From assembly GCA_963712275.1 (NCBI GenBank), contig CAVQHD010000001.1, forward strand, positions 64,001-128,000: a DNA stretch of 64,000 nt, written 5' to 3'. Position numbers and translations under genes: made by a program. The DNA comes from an uncultured Rhabdochlamydiaceae bacterium. Lineage in GTDB: Bacteria > Chlamydiota > Chlamydiia > Chlamydiales > Rhabdochlamydiaceae. Under the pieces are notes generated by a model that worked only from the letters and a program-made list of their open reading frames with translations, made no database searches and was not told the origin of the DNA. Of the stretch, positions 39,495 through 50,030 are shown piece after piece (positions within the stretch are counted from its first letter, which is position 1; every line of letters begins with the position of its first letter).

Positions 39495-40738
39495 AACTAA
39501 CGCCTCACTATACGATTACCCCTAAGGTAGCCAGCTGTCTCATGCGCATTGAGGCTGCCAAAGAGAAGATTGGGTATCTTCCTTTAACACCAGCCATTTT
39601 AGCCTCATTACGAGAAACAGCAAGGCTTTATACGACTCATTACTCTACCATGATTGAAGGAAACCGTCTTCAGCCTGATCAAATCGAAGAGGTTCTGAAA
39701 CATAAAGGACATTTTCCAGGGCGTGAGCGGGACGAGGGCGAGATTAAAGGGTACTATGCTGCGCTGGAGCAAGTCGAACAATGGGTCTCTAAAAATGCCC
39801 CCATCACTGAAAAAATGATTCAAATGATCCATGCCTTGGTTATGGCTGATGGGAAATTAAGGGTATACTGTGGTCGGCATGAAACGTTGAATTTGGACCG
39901 CGCCAAAACCCCGGGATTCGACGATCGTAAACGGGTCAATATTGCTAATATTGACCCGTTTACGATCGTCGAATCGCGGGAGTTTTCGCGCGGGCCCAAA
40001 TCAACGTTTCATGCCGACCGCAGTATAAAACCATCTCCTTACCGAGATGGTCAAAATGTGATTCGGGATGGCCGCACACGCCGTATTGTCTACATGCCCC
40101 CTGAAGCCAAAGATGTGCCGCGATTGATGAAAAGCCTAGTGCATTGGCTCAGTCAAAAAAGTGAAATTCCATGCCCCATTGCCGCAGCTATTGCCCACTA
40201 TCAATTTGCCACCATCCACCCTTACTATGATGGAAATGGACGAACGGCAAGGTTGCTAACAAATTTAATTTTACATTTAGATGGGTATGGTCTCAAAGGT
40301 TTATCTTCTCTTGAAGAATATTATGCACGCCATCTAGAGGCTTATTACGAAGCGCTGACAATCGGTCCATCGCATAACTACTACATGGGGCGCGCTGAAG
40401 CAGACATCACTCAATGGATCGAGTATTTCATCGAAGGGATGGCTATTTCATTCGAAAAAGTACTTAAACAAATGGATGAGGTAAAGCATCAACAGGCGCC
40501 CGATCGAACAGGCCTCATACGCCATCTAGATCCAAAGCAGCGAAAGGCCATTGAGCTCTTTCAAACTTTTGAGACCATCACAGCTCGCCAAATTGGAGAA
40601 TTATTCGGATTTAAACCTCGCACCAGCGCCCATCTATGTAAAAAATGGGTTGAGGCAAAGTTTCTTGAAATCGTCGATTTTTCCAATAAAGGGAGAAAAT
40701 ACAAGCTCTCAAAGCCGTATGAAGCGTTATTAACGTGA
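39485..40738 (+). CDS. Fic family protein with C-terminal wHTH and an in-frame 54-aa insertion
   Basis: STMIEGN inhibitory helix; canonical HPYYDGNGRTAR. Confidence 0.92.
   Translation: MPIKLTPHYTITPKVASCLMRIEAAKEKIGYLPLTPAILASLRETARLYTTHYSTMIEGNRLQPDQIEEVLKHKGHFPGRERDEGEIKGYYAALEQVEQWVSKNAPITEKMIQMIHALVMADGKLRVYCGRHETLNLDRAKTPGFDDRKRVNIANIDPFTIVESREFSRGPKSTFHADRSIKPSPYRDGQNVIRDGRTRRIVYMPPEAKDVPRLMKSLVHWLSQKSEIPCPIAAAIAHYQFATIHPYYDGNGRTARLLTNLILHLDGYGLKGLSSLEEYYARHLEAYYEALTIGPSHNYYMGRAEADITQWIEYFIEGMAISFEKVLKQMDEVKHQQAPDRTGLIRHLDPKQRKAIELFQTFETITARQIGELFGFKPRTSAHLCKKWVEAKFLEIVDFSNKGRKYKLSKPYEALLT
39866..40025. mobile_element. 160-bp palindromic MITE flanked by a TA duplication, inserted in frame
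   Basis: TA-TACTGTGGTCGGCATG...CATGCCGACCGCAGTA-TA; 29-bp perfect inner arms around GCT. Confidence 0.88.
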
Positions 40739-42157
40739 GTAATAAGATTTATGTTCATGAGCTTTTCTTAAAATTAAAAGTACTGAGAGGATGGAATGAG
40801 ATCCATGGAAGTAGACGTTTCTTAATCCAGACGAAAGGTCATACCCAGTAGGATCTTGAGCAATTGCAATGCCAATAAGGGTAGGAACATTATTTGCAAA
40901 TTTCCAAAGCCCGCTGCCGCTGAGTCCTTCAAAGGAACTAATGACCTTTCTTCGCAGATTTCTTATTTCATATGTATGATTGCTCACCGGACATATGATA
41001 TAATCCACATTAGGCAATTGAAGATAGCTTGAAGCAACAAATGCATAAGGGCCTACATTCAATTGACATGTCTTACGGTCATCAGAATAGATGGGTTCAA
41101 TACCTCCCAGTGAAATAAGAGCATCCTGTAGTGAAAAACTCTGTGGTTCTTCAGGAATTTTATAGAAATCTTTGTAAATTTTCAATGTATTAAGAATCTC
41201 TGTGGAAGGAATGATGATAGCCAAATCTTTTGGTTGATGAGCAAGAACATCATCCAGCGTTTTATCATCAAAAGCAGGATCCCATTCAATCACAGTGAAA
41301 TTTTTGGCTAATTGGGCAGGATATTCCCTTCGAATATTATCAAATCGCAAAAGCATTCTCACAGATTTTGCTTTATGAAGAGCTCTGCTTACATGTGCTG
41401 CAGTCAATAGGAAGTATTCCGATTTGTATTGACACAGCACCGCTGTTCCAAACCCCTCTCCTTCTAAAAAGAGCCCAATCGTATACGGCTCTACCATTCG
41501 TCCTAAATCTGCCAATTGTACATTTGATCGAGTCCATACATCGTCGATTACTTTAGCAATGACTTCACGCATTTCCTGTGAGTCTGCAAATTTCTGAAGT
41601 TGTTCCATTTCCTGAAGAGTTGCAAGCCCTTTAATCAAGGACTTTTGGATTGCAAGATCGAGAACCGCAAATTCAATTTGTTCATATTGAGTTGTCCCTT
41701 CTCGAATGACATCAGCTAGTGTTCGAAGCGGCGTAGTGACGCGGTATCCTTGTCTAATTTCTATATCGGACGGTAAGATTTCATCGATGAAATGTAAACA
41801 GAGATTGCTTGGAATTTTAGTGCTTTTCCTAAAACCTTGAGGCACCGTCATGTGAAGCTTGGTAGGGGCAGCATCACTGAGTCCGTGGATGTCAAGAGCG
41901 GTTTCATGCGACCAAACACCCTGAGGATTGCCTTGCTTATCAGCGCTCCAAAGCGTCCAAAGAGCAAGCTCTGAACGTAAAGTAGATGGATAATTTGCAA
42001 GACGATAAATACCTCGAATCTCTTCTTTGCACCATTTTCCTGACCGTACTTTGCGATGAAAATTCGCGCGAGAAAAGCCACATTCTTCTGCTTGTCGGCT
42101 TGTAAAGTAACCGTACTGGTCCTCGGCAATTTGGAGAAGCCTACCCTCTTTATCCAT
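40730..42157 (-). CDS. AbiEi-family antitoxin domain fused to a trypsin-like serine protease
   Basis: N-terminal IAEDQYGYFT..QA, RGIYRL, SHETALDIHGLSD, VTTPLRTLAD; C-terminal LLTAAHV, KDLAII, GLSGSGLW; start at MDKEG. Confidence 0.8.
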   Translation of the reverse strand: MDKEGRLLQIAEDQYGYFTSRQAEECGFSRANFHRKVRSGKWCKEEIRGIYRLANYPSTLRSELALWTLWSADKQGNPQGVWSHETALDIHGLSDAAPTKLHMTVPQGFRKSTKIPSNLCLHFIDEILPSDIEIRQGYRVTTPLRTLADVIREGTTQYEQIEFAVLDLAIQKSLIKGLATLQEMEQLQKFADSQEMREVIAKVIDDVWTRSNVQLADLGRMVEPYTIGLFLEGEGFGTAVLCQYKSEYFLLTAAHVSRALHKAKSVRMLLRFDNIRREYPAQLAKNFTVIEWDPAFDDKTLDDVLAHQPKDLAIIIPSTEILNTLKIYKDFYKIPEEPQSFSLQDALISLGGIEPIYSDDRKTCQLNVGPYAFVASSYLQLPNVDYIICPVSNHTYEIRNLRRKVISSFEGLSGSGLWKFANNVPTLIGIAIAQDPTGYDLSSGLRNVYFHGSHSILSVLLILRKAHEHKSYYSR

Positions 42158-42241
42158 ACACAAATGTTATCAAAAGCATAACATTTATGTAAATTTATCC
42201 ATTTTTTGCACAAATGTTATGCTTTTGATAACATTTGTGCA
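42158..42241. promoter_or_regulatory. two 33-35-bp inverted repeats (AbiEi-type operators)
   Basis: CACAAATGTTAT-N7-ATAACATTT(A/G)TG at 42158-42190 and 42207-42241. Confidence 0.8.
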
Positions 42242-42259
42242 GATTTATCTATAAGCTCT

Positions 42260-43114
42260 TTATTTTAAGTCATTTAACTCTGAGATCCCCACGACACGAA
42301 GAAACCGGTCGTGCGCCGAGAAGTCTTGGATAAGTGTTGCAGAACCCCACGAGTTGAATAGAGACTTAGTCTTATCTCCCATCCCAGCCCCTATTTCGAA
42401 ATAAACCGTCGCTCCCGGGTTTAAAAGCAGAGGAAGCTCTTCTGCAAGCCGGTTGTAAAATTCATACCCTGCGGCGCCTCCTACAAGGGCCATTTTGGGC
42501 TCCCACTTGCGAACTTCAGGATCAAGTTTGAGGTAATCTTCTTCTGAAACATACGGAGGGTTGCAGATGACGACATCTGCCTTGCTTCCCTTGAAAGGAG
42601 ATGTTAAATCCCCCTCTCTTACTTCGACATCGACCTCATTACATACCGCATTCTTCATTGCCTGCGTGGCCGCTTTAGAAGAGAGGTCTGATAAAATCAC
42701 CGTGCAATCAGGCCGCTTTTTTTTGATCGAAATTCCGATACATCCAGAGCCGCAGCAGAGATCCCAAATGATCACAGGTCGTGTAGGGAGCTCCTTCAGA
42801 ACCATCTCTGCTAAAATCTCTGTCTCTTGGCGAGGGATTAATACATCTGGGGTGAGCGCAATTTCGCAACCTAAAAATTCTACCTTCCCCACAATATATT
42901 GCCACGGCATTCTCTCCCCTCGCCGCTTAAGAAAAGCCCTCAACCGATCGAGCTCCTGAGATTCTAGGGGCCGATCAAATTGGAGGTAAAGCTCAATCCT
43001 TGGCAGCCCAAGAACATGCGAGAGCAGCTCTTCAACTTGGCGACGAGGGTGATCGATTCCCTTCCGCGCTAAATAGTCTGCAGAAAGCTTAAGCACCTCA
43101 CCGATCGTTTTCAT
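42260..43114 (-). CDS. prmC: release factor glutamine methyltransferase
   Basis: [22 protein letters not shown]. Confidence 0.95.
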   Translation of the reverse strand: MKTIGEVLKLSADYLARKGIDHPRRQVEELLSHVLGLPRIELYLQFDRPLESQELDRLRAFLKRRGERMPWQYIVGKVEFLGCEIALTPDVLIPRQETEILAEMVLKELPTRPVIIWDLCCGSGCIGISIKKKRPDCTVILSDLSSKAATQAMKNAVCNEVDVEVREGDLTSPFKGSKADVVICNPPYVSEEDYLKLDPEVRKWEPKMALVGGAAGYEFYNRLAEELPLLLNPGATVYFEIGAGMGDKTKSLFNSWGSATLIQDFSAHDRFLRVVGISELNDLK

Positions 43115-44192
43115 CGGCGATGAGTTTTTGTTCATAGAAATAGGCGACAAGTGGCTGTGTAAAATCATCGAGTTTTCCACCTAGCACATCGACAAGGTTG
43201 TACAACGTGAGATGAATACGGTGATCGGTGACCCGATTCTGCGGAAAATTATACGTTCGAATTTTCTCAGACCGATCCCCTGATCCCACTTGGGAAGAAC
43301 GCAAAGAGGCCATCTCTTCTTGCTCTTTACGCCGTTTTTCCTCAATGATTTTAGCCGAAAGAAGCCGCATCGCCTTTTCCCGATTTTTATGCTGGCTCCG
43401 TTCATCTTGACACGTGACAACTGCCCCCGATGGAAGATGGGTGATGCGAACTGCCGAGTCGGTGGTATTCACATGCTGCCCTCCTGCGCCAGAGGCACGG
43501 TAGGTCTCGATGCGAAGCTCTTTTTGATCGATTTGAAGCTGCTCTTCCTCCGTCGGCTCCGGAAGAACCGCCACCGTCACTGCAGACGTGTGGATTCTTC
43601 CCTGAGCTTCTGTTTCAGGAACCCTCTGAACTCGATGCGTTCCTGCCTCGTGCTGCAAAAGACGAAACACCTGCTGACCGGAAATAGCCATGATATATTC
43701 TTTAAATCCCCCACGCTCGGAAGGAGCTGCAGAAAGAGCTTCGTATTTCCACCCTTTTTTATCAGCATAACACTTATACATCCGAACGCAGTCACCGACA
43801 AAAATGGCTGCTTCATCCCCCCCCGTTCCCGCTCGGATCTCTAAAATCACATTTCGATTATCGAGAGGATCGGGAGGAACAAGAAGTGTTTCCAATTCAA
43901 CTTTAAGACGTTGAAGAGAGGCAGAAAGGGTGGTGATTTCATCCTGAACAAGCTGGACCAGCTCGGGATCTGTTTCGGTCTTAAGAAGGAGCTCATTATC
44001 TTGAAGCTGCTGAGAGGAACTTTCGATTTTATCAACGGCTTCTTTAACGTCGCCTAAGTACGCATGCTCCTGCGTCAGCTCGCGGTAACGAGCCTGATCA
44101 CTGAGCACGTCAGGCTGACCCAGCAGCTCTTCCACCGTTTGGAAACGGCTGAGCATGCCTTGAATTCTCCTCTTCAGCCGTTCATCAATCAT
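43098..44192 (-). CDS. prfA: peptide chain release factor 1
   Basis: VPET recognition motif, [15 protein letters not shown]. Confidence 0.97.
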   Translation of the reverse strand: MIDERLKRRIQGMLSRFQTVEELLGQPDVLSDQARYRELTQEHAYLGDVKEAVDKIESSSQQLQDNELLLKTETDPELVQLVQDEITTLSASLQRLKVELETLLVPPDPLDNRNVILEIRAGTGGDEAAIFVGDCVRMYKCYADKKGWKYEALSAAPSERGGFKEYIMAISGQQVFRLLQHEAGTHRVQRVPETEAQGRIHTSAVTVAVLPEPTEEEQLQIDQKELRIETYRASGAGGQHVNTTDSAVRITHLPSGAVVTCQDERSQHKNREKAMRLLSAKIIEEKRRKEQEEMASLRSSQVGSGDRSEKIRTYNFPQNRVTDHRIHLTLYNLVDVLGGKLDDFTQPLVAYFYEQKLIADENDR

Positions 44193-44516
44193 TTATTTAG
44201 AAGAAGGCTTCTTTCGCACAACTTTCTTTTTCCCTTTTTCAGGGGCCTCAGCGGCTTTTGCTTCTTGGGGTTGCTGCTTCATCTGGTACCGTTTTTGGAA
44301 CTTGCCAACCCGGCCTTCAGAATCCACAAACTTCCCTTCTCCTGTGAAGAAAGGATGTGACGCAGAGGTCACAGATTGATAAGAAACTGGATACTCTTTC
44401 CCCTCAAACTCTTCACGCTCTTTCGGTTGAAGAGTGGATCCACACAGAAATTTCGTTCCCGTCCCCGAATCCACAAATAGGATCTCTTGATAGGGAGGAT
44501 GGATCTTTTCTTTCAT
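44193..44516 (-). CDS. rpmE: 50S ribosomal protein L31 (type B)
   Basis: [23 protein letters not shown]. Confidence 0.95.
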   Translation of the reverse strand: MKEKIHPPYQEILFVDSGTGTKFLCGSTLQPKEREEFEGKEYPVSYQSVTSASHPFFTGEGKFVDSEGRVGKFQKRYQMKQQPQEAKAAEAPEKGKKKVVRKKPSSK

Positions 44517-44687
44517 AGTCGTCTCTCTTTTTAAGGTTCTTATTTAAGACGATTCCCCCATTAAAGACAAGATTTTTTACACACGATAATAAACACGTTT
44601 GCTCAATAGTAGTTATGCAGGAAGTCAACCTGTAGTTGAAAAATTAAATACAAAAAAACAAAGAAATTTTTTAACTTCTAGTTCGAT

Positions 44688-46022
44688 TCAGAACCATCCT
44701 TGCTGCCACTTCTCAAACTCTGACGGTCTTAATCCGTAACGAGCACTGTTTCCTTCCTGTAAATTCATCAGCTCGGTTTCAACAACTTCAACGAATTTCA
44801 TCCGATCGGCCGCTGGAACTTTGTCTTTTGCCTGCTTTCGAATGAAAGCCGTGGCCAATTTCTTATTCATTCGTCCACATACAACTAATGCAACTGTCTC
44901 TTTCCTCAAAGCTCTATACCGGACACGAAATGGATCAGGATCTCCAAGCGTTTTCCGAGCGGCTGAGTACCGTAGGCAAGATCGTTCATAAGCCCACGCG
45001 AATACTTCAGCTAAAAGCTCAATCCGGTTGAGTTCATAAACTCCCAAAAGACCATTGATGTAGATTCGCTCAGGAACGTCAATAAAGGACAATGGGCAAA
45101 GATTTTCTCGCATGAATGGCAAATTGGCTGCCAGGCGAGAAACTCTTTTATTGACATCTTCAAACGGTTGAAGATAAGGAAGGTACACCATGAGGAAAAA
45201 GGCTTGTTCAAACGGATCTTTTATCCTATTTGCTGTATGGACAATCTGCTCAAAACATTCGTCGATGAGTTGAGGCACTGCAAGCGGCCGATAGACCGAC
45301 CCGCCAATCCCGACAGCAATCTGGCGAAGAGCTCCGCAAGAGCGATCCTGGAGAAGATCATCGGCTAAGAGTGCATGAATGTTCAGAATAACATACCGAT
45401 TAATTCCTGCATCAACCGCTGATTCTAACAAAAATTCAATAGCTGCCTTGTGATTTAAAATCATTTGGGTCTCGCGCCTATCTTTCCCTTCAGCTGCTTC
45501 CCCCAATTCTAATAGCCGCTCGGTTTCCAAAAGAGAATAGGTGTTTCCTTCAAGACGACTGGAATTCCACGATAAGTCAATCAGCAGCCGACTATAAATT
45601 TGGCGGGCGTACGTTCCTGCTGGACGGTTTCCATCTGTTTTTCCCAATTCAAATAATTTCTTCCTTAATGACTCTGAGAGGTAATACGTCTCATTGGGGT
45701 GATACCGATCGAGAAATTTTCTTGAATAGGTCGCACTCTTTCTTTCCTGAAGTGGACGACTTACGGCCAGGTTAATCGACTGGGAAGCAGTTGATAAAGG
45801 GATTTCGTCCACCACCTTCTCAGGAAGGCGAAATCTTCGCCCCTTGGTTCGCCCTTCAGCCACCAGGCGCCCGCTTTTGACTAGAGCAGCCAATCGATGC
45901 TGCACCGTCCGGCGAGCCGGAGGAGGATTCAACCCGACAAGAATTTCCTCTACTGACGCTCCACTAGGAAATCTACTGACGATTTCTAAAATGAGCTCAA
46001 TCTGTGTACCCTGCCTTGGCAT
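44688..46022 (-). CDS. Fic family protein with N-terminal wHTH (paralog of 3195-4613)
   Basis: PAGTYA..RLLIDLSWNSSRLEGNTYSLL; YLQPFEDVNKRVSR. Confidence 0.9.
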   Translation of the reverse strand: MPRQGTQIELILEIVSRFPSGASVEEILVGLNPPPARRTVQHRLAALVKSGRLVAEGRTKGRRFRLPEKVVDEIPLSTASQSINLAVSRPLQERKSATYSRKFLDRYHPNETYYLSESLRKKLFELGKTDGNRPAGTYARQIYSRLLIDLSWNSSRLEGNTYSLLETERLLELGEAAEGKDRRETQMILNHKAAIEFLLESAVDAGINRYVILNIHALLADDLLQDRSCGALRQIAVGIGGSVYRPLAVPQLIDECFEQIVHTANRIKDPFEQAFFLMVYLPYLQPFEDVNKRVSRLAANLPFMRENLCPLSFIDVPERIYINGLLGVYELNRIELLAEVFAWAYERSCLRYSAARKTLGDPDPFRVRYRALRKETVALVVCGRMNKKLATAFIRKQAKDKVPAADRMKFVEVVETELMNLQEGNSARYGLRPSEFEKWQQGWF

Positions 46023-46053
46023 GCGTTATGTACTCTTTTTGCACTCCAGCATA

Positions 46054-46112
46054 TTGCGCAATAATTTATTGCGCAAGATAATGTTGCGCAATAAAGACGA
46101 AAAGTTGCGCAA
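46054..46112. promoter_or_regulatory. four TTGCGCAA palindromes upstream of fic
   Basis: at 46054, 46069, 46084, 46105. Confidence 0.7.
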
Positions 46113-46200
46113 TCGGCGTCATTTCCTTGGAATTGGTAGGCGATAGGCTTGGATTTATACCCAATAAAGCGCTAAACTGTTGTCTTAAAAAGAGGAATTC

Positions 46201-46776
46201 ATGGCAACTTCAAGCACCGTTTTGCACAGCAGCCACTCCGTAGCTAAAACATTCAATATCAAAGTACCAAGAGTTTCCTTTACTCCTTTTGTCTTGCCAG
46301 CGCTCGTAACAGCCAGCGGCATTGCCTTAACGACCATCAGTTTTATACCATTTGAGACAACAAGAATTTTTACAGATACAAACTGGATTGCTCGTAGGTC
46401 CATAGAAATATTGAAATTTGGCGCTTTTCCAAAGATTACGGGATGCATCTTGACCCTAGTTGGAGGCTTACTTTTATACAAAGCGGGGGAAAATTATCGA
46501 ATAAAAACATTTAAGCAAGAAACAACTCTCATCGATCAACTACAGCAAAAACTTCGGCCCCTCTTAAAAGACAATGAGCTGTTTGCCGTTCGCTTCTTAT
46601 CTCAAAAAGTTTGTGCTTTTTCAACTCACTATCATTTAATAAACGGTTGGACTTGGACGAAAGAGACAAGAAGCTCATTGGACGTATGGCTTGAAACGGT
46701 CAGAAAAAGGTTTAATAAAGACAGAAAGTTTGTCACCTTAGACATCCTTACCGCCCGCCTTTCCCAGCAAACCTAG
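46201..46776 (+). CDS. hypothetical membrane protein (two hydrophobic segments, Inc-like)
   Basis: SD GAGG; S/T-rich N-terminus; two TM stretches. Confidence 0.6.
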   Translation: MATSSTVLHSSHSVAKTFNIKVPRVSFTPFVLPALVTASGIALTTISFIPFETTRIFTDTNWIARRSIEILKFGAFPKITGCILTLVGGLLLYKAGENYRIKTFKQETTLIDQLQQKLRPLLKDNELFAVRFLSQKVCAFSTHYHLINGWTWTKETRSSLDVWLETVRKRFNKDRKFVTLDILTARLSQQT

Positions 46777-46977
46777 TCTTGCCCTGTAAGCCATCCTGGC
46801 AGCCATGAGCCCTTCTAAAACCCCCTCTTCGTACCGGAAGTAGGGGTTATTCTCGAGGAGTGGAAAATCGTTGGGCTGTAGAAGATCATCCTCTGTGAGG
46901 TGAGGCACAATGGAGTCGGCACACCGGCGGACTTTTAGTTTTTGAAGCTCGATAAGCTGGTCAAAGATCTCTTCCAT
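46738..46977 (-). CDS. conserved chlamydial small protein (CT845-like)
   Basis: PHLTEDDLLQPNDFP.LE..P.FRYEEG; downstream of tadA. Confidence 0.8.
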   Translation of the reverse strand: MEEIFDQLIELQKLKVRRCADSIVPHLTEDDLLQPNDFPLLENNPYFRYEEGVLEGLMAARMAYRARLGLLGKAGGKDV

Positions 46978-46978
46978 A

Positions 46979-47467
46979 TTAGGCCTCTTGCGTCTTAGTT
47001 ATGCAAGAGGTCTTTCTCCTTGATTGAAAGAAAAATTTGATGAGAGCGGACGACTCCTCTGCCATGATGCCGGAGGTGATTTGAACGGTATGAATGGGGT
47101 GTTTTTTACCTAAAAGGTCGATGAAGCTCCCGCCTGCTCCTTGCCGGAGGTCAGGGGCTCCCCAGACGACTCGATCCACCCTCGATGAAATGAGCGCGCC
47201 TGCGCACATGGGGCACGGCTCTAGGGTTGTATAGAGGGTGCATCCTGTGAGCCTCCAATTTTTGAGTAAGAGGGCCCCTTGTTTCACGCACAAAAGTTCG
47301 GCGTGAGCTGTCGCATCAACTAAAGATTCCACTTGGTTAAAGGCCGAAGCAATCACCTCGTTCTGATAAACAAGGACGGCCCCGACCGGCACTTCTCCCT
47401 TTTTAAAACCGTTCTCGGCTTCCTTAAAGGCGGCTTGCATAAAAAAGAAATCCTCTTGTTTTTCCAT
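46979..47467 (-). CDS. tadA: tRNA adenosine(34) deaminase
   Basis: EVPVGAV, TAHAE, TLEPCPMC. Confidence 0.95.
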   Translation of the reverse strand: MEKQEDFFFMQAAFKEAENGFKKGEVPVGAVLVYQNEVIASAFNQVESLVDATAHAELLCVKQGALLLKNWRLTGCTLYTTLEPCPMCAGALISSRVDRVVWGAPDLRQGAGGSFIDLLGKKHPIHTVQITSGIMAEESSALIKFFFQSRRKTSCITKTQEA

Positions 47468-47565
47468 TCCAAAACAGGATAGACAAAAGTAACGATTGAT
47501 TCAATATATCGATCTGGGTTATAATACGGCCGTATCAGTTATACCCTCCCGAGGAGAATCCCCTG

Positions 47566-47835
47566 ATGTCATTAGATAAAGGCACAAAAGAAGAAATTAC
47601 AAAAAAGTTTCAACTTCATGAGAAAGATACTGGATCTGCCGATGTTCAAATTGCGATTTTGACAGAAAGAGTCACAGAACTCTCAGATCATTGTAAAACC
47701 GCTCCTAAAGATCGCGGTTCCCGTCTTGCTCTCGTCAAGCTCGTTGGCCAACGTCGCAAACTTTTGGACTATTTAAATTCAACGGACACGAAGCGGTACC
47801 AAAGTTTGATCACTCGCTTAAATCTTCGCAAATAA
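47566..47835 (+). CDS. rpsO: 30S ribosomal protein S15
   Basis: [25 protein letters not shown]. Confidence 0.97.
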   Translation: MSLDKGTKEEITKKFQLHEKDTGSADVQIAILTERVTELSDHCKTAPKDRGSRLALVKLVGQRRKLLDYLNSTDTKRYQSLITRLNLRK

Positions 47836-47918
47836 GAGGTCCCCTCATCTCTTGCGAGGGGAAAATTTGTTGTGTATATCCTTCCTCTCCTGTATAATTC
47901 GACCAAAAAAAAGGATCT

Positions 47919-50030
47919 ATGAATAAATTTTCACGTACAATTTCTGTTGCTGGGCGCGATTTGGTATTTGAAACAGGCAAGCTTGCAAAGCTTGCCCACG
48001 GCTCTGTCACTCTTCAATCTGGCGAAACCATCCTGCTGGCAACCGCTTGCCGAGGCATGGTCCCCTCCGCTGAAACCGATTTTCTTCCTTTACGAGTGGA
48101 CTACCAGGAAAAATTTTCCTCCGCAGGAAAAACGCTTGGAGGGTTCATTAAGCGGGAAGGGAAGCCGTCAGAACGGGAGACACTCATCAGCCGTTTGATC
48201 GACCGTCCGATCCGCCCTATGTTCATCGATGGCTATTTTCACGATCTGCAGCTGCTTGTCTACGTCCTCTCTTATGATGGCGTGCATGTTCCAGATCCGC
48301 TTGCGATCTGCGCAGCCTCTGCAGCTCTTGTCATCTCTGATATTCCATTAATTAAGCCGATTGCAGCTGTTCGCGTAGCCCACGTTAACGGAGAGTTCAT
48401 CATTAACCCAACCTTCCAAGAAATGGAAAAATCCCGTCTTGACTTGGTCCTTGCTGGGACAGAAGATGCGCTCCTTATGATCGAAGGGTATGCCGACTTT
48501 CTTACCGAAGAACAAATCCTAGGAGCAATTCAAGAAGGGCATGGCGCTATCCGAACCATCTGCCAAGGCTTAAGCGAATGGCAAAAAGTCATCGGAAAAC
48601 CAAAAATCCATGGCGAGCTCCGCCTTCCTTCTGAAGATCTACTAAAACAAATCCATGCACTTGTGGGCAGTGATCTCAAATCAGCTTTCCGCATCAAAGA
48701 AAAGCAACTCCGCAATGATGCTCTGGAAGCTGCCGAAGAAAAAGTCATGGCAACGTTCTTCAAAGAAGAGGAAAAACCTCTCCACCCAAAAGTGCTCGTT
48801 AAAATGGGCTTTAAGAAAGTCTCTTCGGATGTGATGCGAGAGATGATTGTACAAAGTCGTGTTCGAGCCGATGGACGATCTCCTGATCAAATCCGTCATA
48901 TTTCTGTCGAAGCGGGAATCCTTCCAAGAACTCATGGAAGCGCTCTTTTCACCCGCGGCGAGACGCAAGCTCTAGCTGTGTGCACCCTGGGCGGAGAATC
49001 GATGGCTCAGCGGTATGAAACTCTTGAAGGGGACAGCAGCCGCAGGTTCTATCTCCAATATTTCTTCCCTCCTTTCTCTGTAGGAGAGGTCGGTCGAATG
49101 GGAACCCCAGGACGACGAGAAATCGGCCATGGAAAGCTCGCCGAGAGATCACTTAGCGCAGTACTCCCTTCCCAAGAGAAGTTCCCTTATGTGATTCGCC
49201 TAGAGTCCAACATTCTTGAATCCAACGGCTCTTCATCGATGGCTTCTGTCTGCGGAGGATGCCTTGCTCTAATGGATGCAGGGGTTCCCATTAAGCGGCC
49301 CGTCTCTGGAATTGCCATGGGATTAATTCTGCAAGGCACTCACTTTGTCATCCTATCTGATATTCTCGGGGATGAAGATGCTCTAGGCGATATGGACTTT
49401 AAGATTGCCGGAGACCATGAAGGAATCTCTGCTTTTCAGCTCGATATCAAAGTGGAAGGGATCACTCCCCAAATTATGAAGGCTGCGATTTTACAGGCAA
49501 AAGAGGGACGGATTCATATCTTGAACAAAATGCTTGAGATTTGCCCTAAGTCGAAAGACCACCTCTCGCAATATGCACCTCGTATTGAAACCGTTCAAGT
49601 GAAACCGAGTAAAATTGGGACTGTTATTGGTCCAGGTGGAAAGCAGATCCGTGCTATCATCGAAGAATCGGGCGCCGATATCGACATCGATGACAGTGGA
49701 GTCATCAGTATTTCAGCAAGCAGCGTAGAATCGATTGAAAAAGCCAAAGCGATGATTCATAACCTCACCGCAGAAGTAGAAGTCGACAAGGTCTATAAAG
49801 GGCAAGTTGTCGCCATTAAAGATTTTGGGGCTTTTGTTAAAATCTTTGACCAAGAAGGGCTTTTACATATTTCAGATTTTGACCACAGACGCATTCACGA
49901 TATGCATGAGGTCTGTAAGATCGGTGATATGATCGATGTTCTCGTCATCGCTAAAAATGATCGAGGGCAGATTAAGCTCAGCCGAAAGGCTCTGCTCCCC
50001 CCTCCCGTCCACGCCGCAACAAGAGATTAA
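47919..50030 (+). CDS. pnp: polyribonucleotide nucleotidyltransferase
   Basis: RLIDRPIRP, FTRGETQ, SNGSSSMAS, GDMDFK, KH and S1 domains. Confidence 0.98.
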   Translation: MNKFSRTISVAGRDLVFETGKLAKLAHGSVTLQSGETILLATACRGMVPSAETDFLPLRVDYQEKFSSAGKTLGGFIKREGKPSERETLISRLIDRPIRPMFIDGYFHDLQLLVYVLSYDGVHVPDPLAICAASAALVISDIPLIKPIAAVRVAHVNGEFIINPTFQEMEKSRLDLVLAGTEDALLMIEGYADFLTEEQILGAIQEGHGAIRTICQGLSEWQKVIGKPKIHGELRLPSEDLLKQIHALVGSDLKSAFRIKEKQLRNDALEAAEEKVMATFFKEEEKPLHPKVLVKMGFKKVSSDVMREMIVQSRVRADGRSPDQIRHISVEAGILPRTHGSALFTRGETQALAVCTLGGESMAQRYETLEGDSSRRFYLQYFFPPFSVGEVGRMGTPGRREIGHGKLAERSLSAVLPSQEKFPYVIRLESNILESNGSSSMASVCGGCLALMDAGVPIKRPVSGIAMGLILQGTHFVILSDILGDEDALGDMDFKIAGDHEGISAFQLDIKVEGITPQIMKAAILQAKEGRIHILNKMLEICPKSKDHLSQYAPRIETVQVKPSKIGTVIGPGGKQIRAIIEESGADIDIDDSGVISISASSVESIEKAKAMIHNLTAEVEVDKVYKGQVVAIKDFGAFVKIFDQEGLLHISDFDHRRIHDMHEVCKIGDMIDVLVIAKNDRGQIKLSRKALLPPPVHAATRD

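Noticed and set aside
47480..47565. S15 autoregulatory leader upstream of rpsO
   Set aside because: Plausible from position, but I could not define a convincing structure by eye
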